The notes: generated by a model from the letters alone, not told the origin. A DNA stretch of 64,000 nt from Oopsacas minuta (GCA_024704765.1 JAKMXF010000354.1:543690-607689); one strand, 5' to 3'; shown: positions 12,025 to 22,969, numbered from the stretch's first letter. Translations and numbers: made by a program.

Positions 12025-12394
12025 GATGGAGTACGAATTTAGAGTAACGTCAATAAACGAAGCCTAATAAAGCTAATCAGCTAGAAAAGTATCGTAAAAT
12101 AATTTGAAATATATTGTATCCGAGCATGAGAATAGTGAGAATTTAAAAAAAAGGTTTGGTGTATGCCCTAAATCACTAGCAATCGAAGGCTCAATCCAAG
12201 GAAATAGGGACCCATTACAAAGTTAATGTATCGGAATAAGTCATACTAATTGTCACAAGTCTTGGAGACAGAGAATTAAGCGCTCGTCAATTTTTGGACT
12301 GTGCTCCAGCTCAGGTCTTTATGTCATAATGAAGCGTGCTCCACCTTCCCGCTCCATTTCCCAATGCTATCTCTAGAGGACATAAACCTTAGGC

Positions 12395-12598
12395 CAGTGG
12401 TTCTCAAAGCTAAGTGGGCCGTGGCGTGGTGTCACCATATATCTTTAGTTGGGAAGTGTCGCTTCGTGGGGACAATATATAAACGAGTACAAATGGGAAA
12501 TTTACACTATGTCTAAGCCTTAAGGGTCGCTAATGACTCAACTCCCAAAATTATAATAATTTATAAAGGGTAGTGATATAAAAGTTTGGAAACTCTTG
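12395..12598. mobile_element. Possible degenerate hAT-type MITE relic
   Basis: Left end CAGTGGTTCTCAAA is a typical hAT TIR; right end AGTTTGGAAACTCTTG is only a partial match; putative 8-bp TSDs match 5/8. Confidence 0.3.
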
Positions 12599-12677
12599 TT
12601 TTTGGCCAAGTGTGCATAATTTTAATCTCTATTCGTGTACTCACCTCAAGTAAACCCTACCTCTCTTCAGACCGTTC

Positions 12678-12693
12678 GCGTTCCGCGGAACGC
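12678..12693. promoter_or_regulatory. Perfect 16-bp GC-rich palindrome GCGTTCCGCGGAACGC in the divergent MAGOH/tubulin intergenic region
   Basis: Directly visible self-complementary sequence; its function is inferred only. Confidence 0.45.
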
Positions 12694-13491
12694 AAGTAAG
12701 CAAAGCTTGCTTGTATGAATAAAGTGTCATGTTAAATTTTCATATTACGTATACGGTGTAGTAAATTTGTATGCAAACAATATTGGGGCCTGTTCAGAAT
12801 CAAGGACGGGGCGGATGGTGTTAATTAGGGATCAGACCATTGGCTGATCTATTGTAAAGTGATCAGGCTTCGGTCATACACTGACACAGTGGAATAAACC
12901 AGGCCAAATGTGGTCAAACAATCGTTTGCCCATTCCTACAGTATTCAGTGACTGATACTTTTTCTCTCGTTACTAAGTTACCATCTACGCATTATGGAAT
13001 GGCACTATAGATTATATCAAATTGATTCAGAATAGATAACATGATATAGTTCTGCAATATATACCAACTAGTAAAGAGATCATGTCACACTAGTTATTCT
13101 AATATGATTGCATTATAACCTTATGGTAGTATTTTGTAATTATGTGACACTATTGTTCCGCTACTTCAAGGAGACAAATATTTATTCACTGACAATTAGT
13201 TATGATCAAAATTGTTTGTAATTTCAGAGTATTCTAGAATTTATAAACTGCTACATCAAGTTACATTGCAGACTACCTCAACTGTAAAGGAAGAAAATTA
13301 GCTGAATGAACAATTGGTGGTAGTTTTTATAATGGACTCAATTAATATATTAGTAATTACAAGGTTACTGATGCAGATTCTATTTCTATCTAATAATTTC
13401 ACATTTTGGTATAAATAAGATGGAGAAATTTCAAAATGAACAACAAACACATCTTCTAAGAGACGCAAATTAGTTTTCAAATATTCTTAGA

Positions 13492-15199
13492 ATGGTGAGT
13501 TTATCATAAATAAGCTATACCCTACCCTGATAGCTAGATCTAACAAAAAATTTGCAAAAACATTTGTATTCAATTTTGTAAATTTAGTTATCATAATTTA
13601 CCAAGGATAGGTAAACTTTACACGTTCTTCTTTTATCTAGAGAGAAATAATATCTATCCATGTTGGTCAAGCAGGGTGTCAAATAGGAAATGCCTGTTGG
13701 GAACTCTATGCCCTGGAGCACGGGATCAGCAGTAATGGCACCATGAGTGATAATAGTGCTAAAGCAGATATGGATTCAGTAGGAACATTCTTTCAGGACA
13801 CTAAAACAGGACAATGGGTACCACGCTCTGTTTTCGTGGATCTTGAACCTTCAGTTATTGGTAAGTTAATCACTGTTGTCATGATACTTTATGCTGAGTT
13901 TCTATACTACTTATTATCGATCTTCTGTTTCTTTAGATCAAATCCGAACAGGACCATACCGTAAAATGTACCATCCTAGTCAGCTGATTTCTGGTAAGGA
14001 AGATGCTGCTAACAATTTCTCCCGTGGCTACAACACAGCGGGACGGGTAATGGTAGCTGACACAATGGATAGGATCCGGAAAGAGGCTGAACAATGTGAG
14101 GACAGACCTCAGGGGTATTTCATCTTCCATTCTCTTGGTGGTGGAACTGGTGCTGGGTTTGGAAGTTTACTTACTCGTGAATTACAAACTCAGGTAAGTT
14201 AGATAATTAATCTTTACACCCAAATTCTTAAAACATCATATTTTATGAAAATAATTACTATTTCTAGTTTGGCAGTAAAACATCTAAGTTTGAGTTCGGA
14301 ATAATCCCAGCACCACAGGTCAGCACATCAGTGGTAGAGCCATACAATGCAGTATTATCCATGGAGTCTAGTTCTATAGAACATTATAATGTGTCATTTC
14401 TGTTCGATAATGAAGCCATCTATAAAATTTCTAAAAATAATCTGGAAGTAGAGAGGCCTGCATACTCAAATCTCAATCGTCTTATTTGTCAGAATGTTTC
14501 ATCTATTACGTCATCACTCAGGTTTCCAGGCCAACTGAATGTTGATCTGAGTGAGTTCGAAGTCAATCTTGTTCCCTTCCCAAAGATCCATTATCCTCTC
14601 TCCTCCTATTCCCCTATCATCTCTAAGGGGAGAGCATCTAAATGTCAGTTCTCTGTCAAAGAGATAACAACTGAGTGCTTTGAGCCAAGTAACCATATGA
14701 TTGTATGTGACCCTAGAATGCATAAGTATCTGTCCTGCTGTCTGTTGTACAGAGGTGATGTACTTCCTCGAGATGCAACTAAATCTATTGAACACATCAG
14801 GAATCAGTCAAACTTCAGATTCGTAGACTGGATACCTTGTTCCTTCAAGGTAGGGATTACTCCACAAGTTCCTAGTGTTCCTATTGACTCCGAGATGGCT
14901 CAGGTTAGTTATGCAATTCAAATATATAATTTAAAATACAACATTACAAACCTGTAATTAATATTTACATCCTTTAGACTCCTAGATCAGCTTGTCTCCT
15001 CTCTAACAGCACTGCTATCTCTGATACTTTGGTCAGACTTGGTAGTAAGTTTGATATGATGTTTTCAAAGAGAGCGTTTGTACACTGGTTCATTGGTGAG
15101 GGTATGGAAGAAGGAGAGTTCATAGATGCTAGAGAGTCTCTAGAAATTATTACCAGGGACTACACAGAGCTGATTGGAGACAATGATCAGGAATTCTAA
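13492..15199 (+). CDS. TUBA: Divergent alpha-tubulin, about 445 aa; exons 13492-13494, 13641-13860, 13937-14193, 14268-14903, 14978-15199
   Basis: ATG|GTGAGT first intron typical of animal alpha-tubulins; [61 protein letters not shown]; all splice phases are consistent. Confidence 0.92.
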
Positions 15200-15596
15200 A
15201 CATTCCATACTCACATACTTGTTTTGTGAGATCTAGATTGTATATTTTGAATAATATTTGTACATGTTGTAATGCTAGTTGTATATATTGTTTATAATGA
15301 AGAACATCAAGTCCTTAATAATAGGTTTCTTACTTGCTTGCTGCACTCTGTTCAGTGTTGTTGGGAACTCTTCATGTTTGCTTTAGCAGTTACGTTTTTT
15401 GTATTATCTTTATGAATATCTATAAGGCTATTAGCTCTTACGTAATTTGTACATTCAATTATGACCTATACACCTAATAACATTAGCTATTTACCATTGC
15501 CAGGTACACCACGAAATATTACTGTAGAGGGGTTTGTAACAGTTAGCTAGTTTCCAGGAGATTTTTATAGAATTTGCATATATTAAAAAGTACAGT

Positions 15597-15628
15597 GGGC
15601 ATGCCCATTAGTAATAGTAGACATGTCC
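15597..15628. promoter_or_regulatory. Two RRRCATGYYY decamers 12 bp apart (p53-family response-element consensus)
   Basis: GGGCATGCCC (15597-15606) and AGACATGTCC (15619-15628). Confidence 0.35.
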
Positions 15629-15637
15629 ATTAGGTAC

Positions 15638-15728
15638 AGTTTCTAGCAGTTTCCAGCAGATTCCAGCAGTTTCCAGTAGTTTCTAGCAGTTTCCAGCAGT
15701 TTCTACCATGTTCTACCGTGTCCCACCG
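15638..15728. repeat. 10-bp tandem array (consensus AGTTTCCAGC) decaying 3'-ward
   Basis: tttctagcag tttccagcag attccagcag tttccagtag tttctagcag tttccagcag tttctaccat... Confidence 0.85.
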
Positions 15729-15729
15729 T

Positions 15730-16148
15730 CACTATATATATCGAGCATGCTGAATCCGATTTTCACACTTTTGGATTAATCATATGTAAATTTATTGTTG
15801 TTTTTATGAATATAAAGTTCACAAATTTCAATATTGTTGTATAATCATACTTTCAATTACTATCTTGGGGTAATCGAGTATGCTGAGTCCGAATATGGTA
15901 TTGTAAACAACATATTGTGAATATTTGTTTACTTTTAGGTACATAGCGTAAACAAGTTTCAATATTGTTGTCGAATCATACTTTCAACTACTGTACTGGG
16001 GTAATCGAGCATGTTTAGTCTGAATATTGTAAACAACATCAATATTATTATATCTCAATCGTTGTTTGCCTGTTTGTTTGCCCGTTGAATATCTCGAGGC
16101 TCAATGCGCCGAGTTCATCTCGAAGCAACGAGCCAAAGCCTCGTACTT
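15730..16148. mobile_element. Dispersed repeat copy 1; HINE/DINE-1-like non-autonomous Helentron candidate
   Basis: Homologous to 34257-34690; GGGGTAATCGAG..GCTGA.TCCGA core subrepeats, a TGTTTG/TCTG microsatellite and terminal hairpins (..CGAAGC..GAGCCAAAG..); no ORF. Confidence 0.55.
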
Positions 16149-16977
16149 AATTACATTACAATGTACAAATAACTCTAGGGCTCTTTATCTTATCCTCAGC
16201 CTGTAGAATAGGATAATTATTATAATAAATAGATTCTGATAAGAATTCATAGATAGTATATCACTAGTTCAACTTCTTTTAACTTTAACCAGGGCAGGTA
16301 CCCTAAGTGATTTGGATCTGTAAATGGACCCCCTCTGGCCATTTTGGAGGGCGTTCCAATGTCCAATTTATCTTACAGCCTATCACTAAGCCATCTTCCA
16401 CTATAATTCAAGTTTCGCATATGAATACATACATTTAGTCTAATAATTTCAATACAATTCAAATACTTTGGCGCTATCCCTGAGAATAGCGGTATAATTT
16501 TATATGTTCCTAACTTTTGTCCTAAAGTTATTAGATTCCCTTCTATGTATATTACTTTGAATAAGAATTTCGCGTAGATAATGATTTTGTATTTAATGAA
16601 ACCTACTTTGAATTTGGAGGACAAGAGTTCTGATTCCTTTCTAATGATGATTGCATTTGAGTGGCTTGTGTTCATTTTGATTTGTCTTTTTGCAAATATT
16701 ACATTTTAGTTTTCTTTTATACTTTTCATTCCGCCACTTAGTAAATTAGTTCTGGTTCTGCCTTAGTTAGGCCTGGTTGTGCCATTTTTAGCACCCATTC
16801 ATTGTTAATGATTAAGGATTAATTCTGCCTTGCATTAATCAATTTGTGCTATATTTGTATTTGATCTAAGCTTAATCGTGCAATTTCTAGCAGGTTCTAG
16901 AATACTCATACCCTACACCATTCATAAATTCAACAACTTATAATGCGAAATTCTTATTGTATGTAAATTGTTTCCTA

Positions 16978-17006
<29 letters not shown>
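16978..17006. repeat. (GTT)n microsatellite
   Basis: About nine to ten perfect GTT units. Confidence 0.95.
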
Positions 17007-17008
<2 letters not shown>

Positions 17009-17441
17009 TTTATTACTAAATACGGCCTGAAGGGTCCGTTAATTTGGATAATAAGATATTCTTACAGGTGCAAATAGCTGAGATCAACTAATAGCTTAGT
17101 ATTTATATCTTACATTTAGTAGTTTTGTGGTGAAATTAATAAGTATGCCTTGCATTTATATTTACTATTATTTAACGTGTGTTGTGAGTATTATAGACCA
17201 CTTCGGCATTGACCTTTTATCCAGCAAACAAATCAATCTACTAAAAATGCATTCATCCACAAATTCTTAAATTTTGGGCTGTTAATTGTGCCATATGATT
17301 TGTACAAATTGCGTACTTAGTATTTATCAACCCCTACACAAATTTCCATTGATTTTCAATATATTCCCTGAATTCCACTTATTACCCCCGAAAATAGGCA
17401 GAAATATTCTTCTCTGGTTTTACTATTAGGAAGATTATCAA

Positions 17442-18836
17442 ATGGCCATAACAGCAGAGCTCCACAAGCTGATATCAGAAATCCAACATTTTCTGACAGA
17501 TAGTCTAGCAAAAGAAGTTCTCTCTGAGGATTCTGAAGATAAGAGAGATGATCTCAGTGCTAGGTTAGGGCAATACCTCCAGTCGAGTCAATCTAAGTCT
17601 CTGCCTCGTCTACAGGTTCCTACTAATGACCCTATTCTAAGGGTTAAAACGAGTTCAAACACCGCTACTCCAGAACTGCCGACAGCTCCTCCCCCAGGAC
17701 AAGTGAAGAAGGTATGTACTAAAGATCTGAGTGGGTCCATACTCTATGAAGGAACTATTGAGAAGCTGGGTGGCAAGAACCAAGAGAAATGGCAGAAGAG
17801 ATACTGTATTCTAACACCCACGCATTTATACTTTTTTGAGAACTCTAAGAGTAAGAAGCAGAATAACCAGATATACATACCTGCTTTTACTGTCACCCCT
17901 GTCAAAGAGAAAGGTGACGACAAACACTACTCATTCAGATTAAGTGCCAATAAAGAATCAAAGAGCTATTATTTTCGTGTGAATAATCCTGATACATTCT
18001 CCCAATGGTTACATAATATATCTCAGCTGTCTAAAGGACGTGATTCACTAGGTGTAACAGGTCTCGTAGGGAGAGCAGAAACGATGGTATTCAATCAGGA
18101 TGACGTCATTTCTACTGCTAGCTCATCAGATGAAGGAGGTGATGACAAAACTCTTGGTACGATACGTGAAGATTCTCCTCCTCCTCCTGTTCCTCCTCCA
18201 ACTTCAAGACTTCCTAAGTCTCCTCAGGCAATCAAGAAGTTATCCTCTGGGGGTCCCCCTGCCCCTCCTAACCAACCCCCTCCTCCTAGCAGTCAGCCTC
18301 CTATCATTTTGTCCCATCCTGGAAGTGAACCTCCTACCCATTTGGTACCCTCTGCTCCAGTACAGACCCCTCAGCCTGTTCGTGATATTAGCACTCCCCC
18401 TGTCAGTAACAAACTACTCGAGGATAAACCTCCCCCTCCCCCAACACGCAGGAACACATCTCTATCCTCAGGACCAGGGGTCTCTGTAGAACAGCTACGT
18501 AAAATACAACAGGTTCAGCCTAACTCTATCGCATCTGTAACTGAGGAGAGCTCTGATTCAGGAGAGGTTGTAGTTAATACTGATAGGGTATATGTAACTA
18601 CAGAAGAGGAGGGCTTCCCTTACGACAAGATATACGTCGGTAAATGGGACTTCAAGGGGGAGGAAGGAGATGAGCTCAGCTTCAAGCGAGGAGAGTTGCT
18701 ACTCGTAGCTGACCCTGATGAGTCTTCTACTTGGTGGATAGGTGATTTGCTAGACACTGAAACTCTTAAAGCTCGTGACCAATCTGGTCTATTCTATAGT
18801 GCTTATGTGGAGTCTGCGTTTGTAAAGGTAACCTAG
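17442..18836 (+). CDS. SKAP2: SKAP1/SKAP2-like adaptor (dimerisation helix, PH, Pro-rich, SH3)
   Basis: ELHKLISEIQHFLTDSLAKEVLS resembles the SKAP dimerisation domain; PH (WQKRYCIL..LYFF); C-terminal SH3 (YVGKWDF..EGDELSFKRGE..WWIG); intronless. Confidence 0.75.
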   Translation: MAITAELHKLISEIQHFLTDSLAKEVLSEDSEDKRDDLSARLGQYLQSSQSKSLPRLQVPTNDPILRVKTSSNTATPELPTAPPPGQVKKVCTKDLSGSILYEGTIEKLGGKNQEKWQKRYCILTPTHLYFFENSKSKKQNNQIYIPAFTVTPVKEKGDDKHYSFRLSANKESKSYYFRVNNPDTFSQWLHNISQLSKGRDSLGVTGLVGRAETMVFNQDDVISTASSSDEGGDDKTLGTIREDSPPPPVPPPTSRLPKSPQAIKKLSSGGPPAPPNQPPPPSSQPPIILSHPGSEPPTHLVPSAPVQTPQPVRDISTPPVSNKLLEDKPPPPPTRRNTSLSSGPGVSVEQLRKIQQVQPNSIASVTEESSDSGEVVVNTDRVYVTTEEEGFPYDKIYVGKWDFKGEEGDELSFKRGELLLVADPDESSTWWIGDLLDTETLKARDQSGLFYSAYVESAFVKVT

Positions 18837-19050
18837 TAGTAAACAGATGAATGATGTTTATTTTATTTGTAATGAGTTAGATTTATTTAGCTTGCGTATG
18901 TTGTTCAATATATTTCTGTACAAATGAGTGAAGAATTTTAATAATTTTTCATGTTTGAGACAATTCAAATGAACATTGAACCATCAACTTTGCAGTACAG
19001 CACACATGATTCATTTGCAATTATTTATTCAGCTTATTTGAAGGGTAAAT

Positions 19051-21702
19051 ATGGCAACCGTAGATGATCTGCCTATAACTATTGCTTCCCCTGAAGACAT
19101 TACGTCATCAGAATATGATGTATGCCAATCCCCTGTCTCTCAAACCTCTGCAGAATACATACAACGTACTCCTTCTCCTGAGGGAGAGAGATATCCTATT
19201 AGAAGGTTAGAACCAATAGAAAGATTTTCCCATAGAGGTAAATTCAAACAGAGAATTAATAAGATAAAATTCAAACGCAAACCCAGCATGGTACAGGAGC
19301 ATCCTCTTGAATCCCCCTCTCTATCAGATACCCCTCTTAATGAACCGCAGGTCCCTGGTGTCAATCTGACCTCTGGTGACCTTACACATGTTGACACATC
19401 ACTTGGTGATATAATCAATGATTACGAAGCATACTCAAGAGTTGTATCAGAAGAACCAATAACCTCTGAACCTATTCCTGTATCCTCCTTAGACCTATCT
19501 ATCTACACAAGTAATGTACTGTGCATAAAGATATTAGGCAGTGATTCTTTGAAGCCTCATATCTCCCTCTCACATCCTCTTGTTAAAGTAACACTCTATT
19601 GTGACAAGACGTGTGCTTATTTCAAAAAGAGTGAGAAAAACCGCGCGGTTTCATTCTTCTACGAGACAGCAAATGATAATGTGGATTATATTCTGCCTCA
19701 ACTCACAGAACCTGCGGTTGTTAACACTTCTAACAAGTTCACGCCTCGCTGGGTAGAGGAACTTGTGTTTAATGAGGACCTATCATACCTGTTGTCCTCT
19801 ACCTCGTTAGTGCTACTCTTTGAAATGCTAGAGTTTAAAGAGAGATCTATATTAGCCTCTTATCCAAAGAGACAAGGATGGAGGCATATAGCTTGGGCGT
19901 TCCTTAAGCTACGGGGTGCTAATAACCGCGTAAACTTGGAACAGAGACTTCGCTTACAATTGTATTGCTATCCTAACAGACAACATACTGAGTCACGAGA
20001 TGATAGAGGTTTTCAGGCTTGGTACCATGGACATCGAATTAAATATCCCTCTACCCTACATGTTACAGCTAAACCAGTGCTAATGCAACAGAATACAGTA
20101 GCAGCTCTACGATCATGTGCTCCTAACCAACCAGAGATAGCAGCAGCACGACTCAAGACTCCTCCCTCCTCTCTCCAAACCAGTTGGAGTAGACAAGTTG
20201 GAGAGAAGTGTCAGGTCCCTAACACCCCTCTCCTCTCCTTTTCCCTGTCAGGTTCTGGAGGATCTGTACTCAAATTCTCTCCAGATGGTAACCATTTAGC
20301 TGTTTCAGTTGCTCTAGGGGAACAGAGTGAAGTATGTGTGTATGATGTTCCTTCCTGTGACGAGGGGGCGAAACTCAAAGGGCACCAGGGTCTTATATAT
20401 GACATCTCTTGGTCTCCTCGTTCCCTCCTCCTCGTAACAGCCTCTCAAGACACAACAGCTCGTGTCTGGTCTCTATCAGACTCAGATAATCATGTATCCT
20501 GCTATAAAATGCTACCACATCCCTCTTTCGTATACGCTTGTAGCTTCCATCCCTCCTCAGAGGTAATCTTACTAACAGCTGGTTTTGACAGAGTGGTTAG
20601 AGTATGGGGTATATCAGCATTGGGTGTAAACTCTAGTCAGATCTTGAGAGAATTCAGATCTCATTCAGGATATATAAACTGTCTGACTTTTGATATGATA
20701 GGTGTCAAGATGTTCTCTGGAGACAGTGAGGGGTGTGTTTATATATGGCAGATGTCATTAAGTAGTAGCAGTAGTTCCCCCTGTGTTGAAGAGGTAGGGA
20801 CCTGGAGAGAATTAGACATGATAGATTTGAAGGAAATTAGAGGAATATCTATTAGGAGTATATTCCCTATTGAAAGGAGATTATTACTACATACTAATGA
20901 CGGAGCCCTTAGACTTGTTGACATGAGGAGACAGGGTGTACTCAAGCGATACCTTGTAGACTCCCCAAACAAGCACCCCCTCTCGCGTTGTACTATATCC
21001 CCTTGTTCCACTAACATATATTTAGGAACTGATACAGAACTGTGTGTATGGAATATTGAGAATGAAAGTAAGATACATAGCTTATCTCTAGAGCAGTTAA
21101 CTATACCATCTGCTAGTATAGTATGTGTAGATTACCATCCATTAGACCACATTATAGCAATGTGTACTTATGGAACATCTGGTTCTATCTTGATATCTAA
21201 ATACACTCCTCAAATTTACAGTTATAATAGTGCTATATCAGGCACAGCTCCCACTTTACCGTCTGTATGTGGAGATACGTTAAATGACACAGCTATGGTA
21301 GTGATGAAAGATAAAATTAGACAGAGACTCAACTCCATCCCGTCATCTCATCACCTCCTTCCCACTGCTAACAGGAGACCTGTCAGCACCAGCTGGGACT
21401 CCCTAGGATCCCTCACGACCTCTCCTCCCCCTCTATTCAGGGGTCATGTTACCACACAAACAGAAGATAAATTAGATGAATTATTCGAGTCTCCATCTAA
21501 GTTTATGGACTCAGAACTAACTTTAGAAATGTTAGAAAGATCTGTTGATATTAAGGAACATACCCTAGTGAGGTATCACACACCCCTGTACTCTACCTCT
21601 GACTCTGAGGGAGGGGAGAGGGTCAAGAGGTCAGGTGCCAGGAGGAGGAGGTCTATTCACAAACAGAGAGCAGCTAACATGCAGTCTATCCCAGCAGAAT
21701 GA
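19051..21702 (+). CDS. AHI1: Jouberin/AHI1-like (C2-like + WD40), no C-terminal SH3 seen
   Basis: HPLVKV..NVDYILPQLTEP..WVEELVFNE..IAWAFLKLRGANNRVNLEQRLRLQLY, then WD40 repeats with LPHPSFVYACSFHP; intronless. Confidence 0.88.
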   Translation: MATVDDLPITIASPEDITSSEYDVCQSPVSQTSAEYIQRTPSPEGERYPIRRLEPIERFSHRGKFKQRINKIKFKRKPSMVQEHPLESPSLSDTPLNEPQVPGVNLTSGDLTHVDTSLGDIINDYEAYSRVVSEEPITSEPIPVSSLDLSIYTSNVLCIKILGSDSLKPHISLSHPLVKVTLYCDKTCAYFKKSEKNRAVSFFYETANDNVDYILPQLTEPAVVNTSNKFTPRWVEELVFNEDLSYLLSSTSLVLLFEMLEFKERSILASYPKRQGWRHIAWAFLKLRGANNRVNLEQRLRLQLYCYPNRQHTESRDDRGFQAWYHGHRIKYPSTLHVTAKPVLMQQNTVAALRSCAPNQPEIAAARLKTPPSSLQTSWSRQVGEKCQVPNTPLLSFSLSGSGGSVLKFSPDGNHLAVSVALGEQSEVCVYDVPSCDEGAKLKGHQGLIYDISWSPRSLLLVTASQDTTARVWSLSDSDNHVSCYKMLPHPSFVYACSFHPSSEVILLTAGFDRVVRVWGISALGVNSSQILREFRSHSGYINCLTFDMIGVKMFSGDSEGCVYIWQMSLSSSSSSPCVEEVGTWRELDMIDLKEIRGISIRSIFPIERRLLLHTNDGALRLVDMRRQGVLKRYLVDSPNKHPLSRCTISPCSTNIYLGTDTELCVWNIENESKIHSLSLEQLTIPSASIVCVDYHPLDHIIAMCTYGTSGSILISKYTPQIYSYNSAISGTAPTLPSVCGDTLNDTAMVVMKDKIRQRLNSIPSSHHLLPTANRRPVSTSWDSLGSLTTSPPPLFRGHVTTQTEDKLDELFESPSKFMDSELTLEMLERSVDIKEHTLVRYHTPLYSTSDSEGGERVKRSGARRRRSIHKQRAANMQSIPAE

Positions 21703-21826
21703 CGTCATACTAATACCCGGTCACTTTTAATATTGTGCTGTACTTTTATTAAATTATTCAATAAGTAATGTAGTATGAGTATTAATTAGATTATAATGAT
21801 GTTATTGGTATAATTAGTTATAAGAA

Positions 21827-22969
21827 ATGGAACATCTTCAGCCACGAGTTATCCATCGTGACCTTACTCCCAGGTTCAAACAATGGCGTAATATATATCA
21901 TTCTACTACTCATTCAGATGACAGACAAGATGACACGATTGCTCTAGTTATTGGTACAACAGGATCTGATAGGATTCGACCTGGTTCTCCATCTTCTAAA
22001 CCTCCTCCTGGTTGGATAGGGGCCCTTAAGGAGGTGCAGTATAACATGCAACGGACCCGTGATAAGATAAGACTCTTGAAATCTCTTCATGATAAACATC
22101 TGCATCAACCTACCATCTCATTTGAACTAGGGACTGCAGACCAGGAACAAGAGATTGAGATAATAACTGCAGATATAACTAAGTTATTCCATCAGAGTTA
22201 TAAGAACTTACAACTAATCACTGCATACACCAAGCAGCCTGGTTCCCAGCAGGAGGTTAGACTAGCTAAGAATGTTATGCATGCTGTAGCCTCTGAGATG
22301 CAGGAGCTTAGTACTGATTTTAAAATCAGTCAGTCTGTTTACCTGAAGAAGAGGAAGAGACGGGAAGAACAAGCTGGTCAGCTGATGGATAGCAACTTCT
22401 CAAGAGGTGAGGTTAATTCAATGGATTAGTTATTATCAAAAGTTCTGATGGATATAGTTTCATGAAAATTTATATACACATAGTACAGTGAAACAAACCG
22501 TTTATGCAGGTTACACTATACATACGTATAATATTATATTTTTATAGGAGGAGCTAATTTCGCAGATGATTTGAATTTGTCTACGGAGGCAGACATTCAA
22601 GAGGATATGTACGTGGTAGACAAAGGGTTCACTGGTAATCAGCTGATGCTGGTACAGAAGGACACACAAATCCTACAACACAGAGATAAAGAGATACAGA
22701 GTATCGTGACGTCATTAGAAGACATCAGTGAGATGTTCAAAGATATGAGTACCATGGTATTGGACCAAGGTACTATTTTAGACCGTATTGACTATAATAT
22801 TGAGTCTACAGCTACTAAAATATCTGAGGCTAAAGTTCAACTTGTCAAAGCAGAAAAGATTCAGAAAAGATCTCGGTATTTGTACGTTATAATAGTATTG
22901 ACTTGTGTTCTAGCACTAATAGTAGTTATCTTCATCGTTCTCAAGGTCTTAAATATTGGTGTGTTTTAA
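21827..22969 (+). CDS. STX16: Syntaxin-16, about 333 aa; exons 21827-22406, 22548-22969
   Basis: RDLT..F...RN N-peptide, PPGW, Habc region, Qa SNARE (DQGTILDRIDYNIE), C-terminal TM; phase-1 intron 22407-22547. Confidence 0.9.

Noticed and set aside
12150-12320. Sm-site-like AATTTTTGG followed by a small hairpin (snRNA or SL RNA?)
   Set aside because: No match to U1/U2/U4/U5/U11/U12 conserved motifs and no convincing leader-plus-GT donor upstream; an Infernal search would be needed.
15638-15710. 10-bp array as heat-shock elements or a CRISPR-like array
   Set aside because: Units read TTCnnGCA rather than TTCnnGAA, and there are no unique spacers; it is a simple minisatellite.
16373-16675. 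100-aa minus-strand ORF
   Set aside because: AT-rich, Ile/Lys-biased, no recognisable domain; lies in a repeat-rich intergenic gap.
18600-19100. Idea that the SKAP SH3 is the missing AHI1 SH3 (gene fission)
   Set aside because: The SH3 lies upstream of AHI1 (wrong order) and matches the SKAP family architecture.
22484-22520. TACAGTGAAAC...GTTACACTATA mini inverted repeat in the STX16 intron
   Set aside because: Resembles MITE ends but is only 37 bp with weak matches; not supportable as an element.
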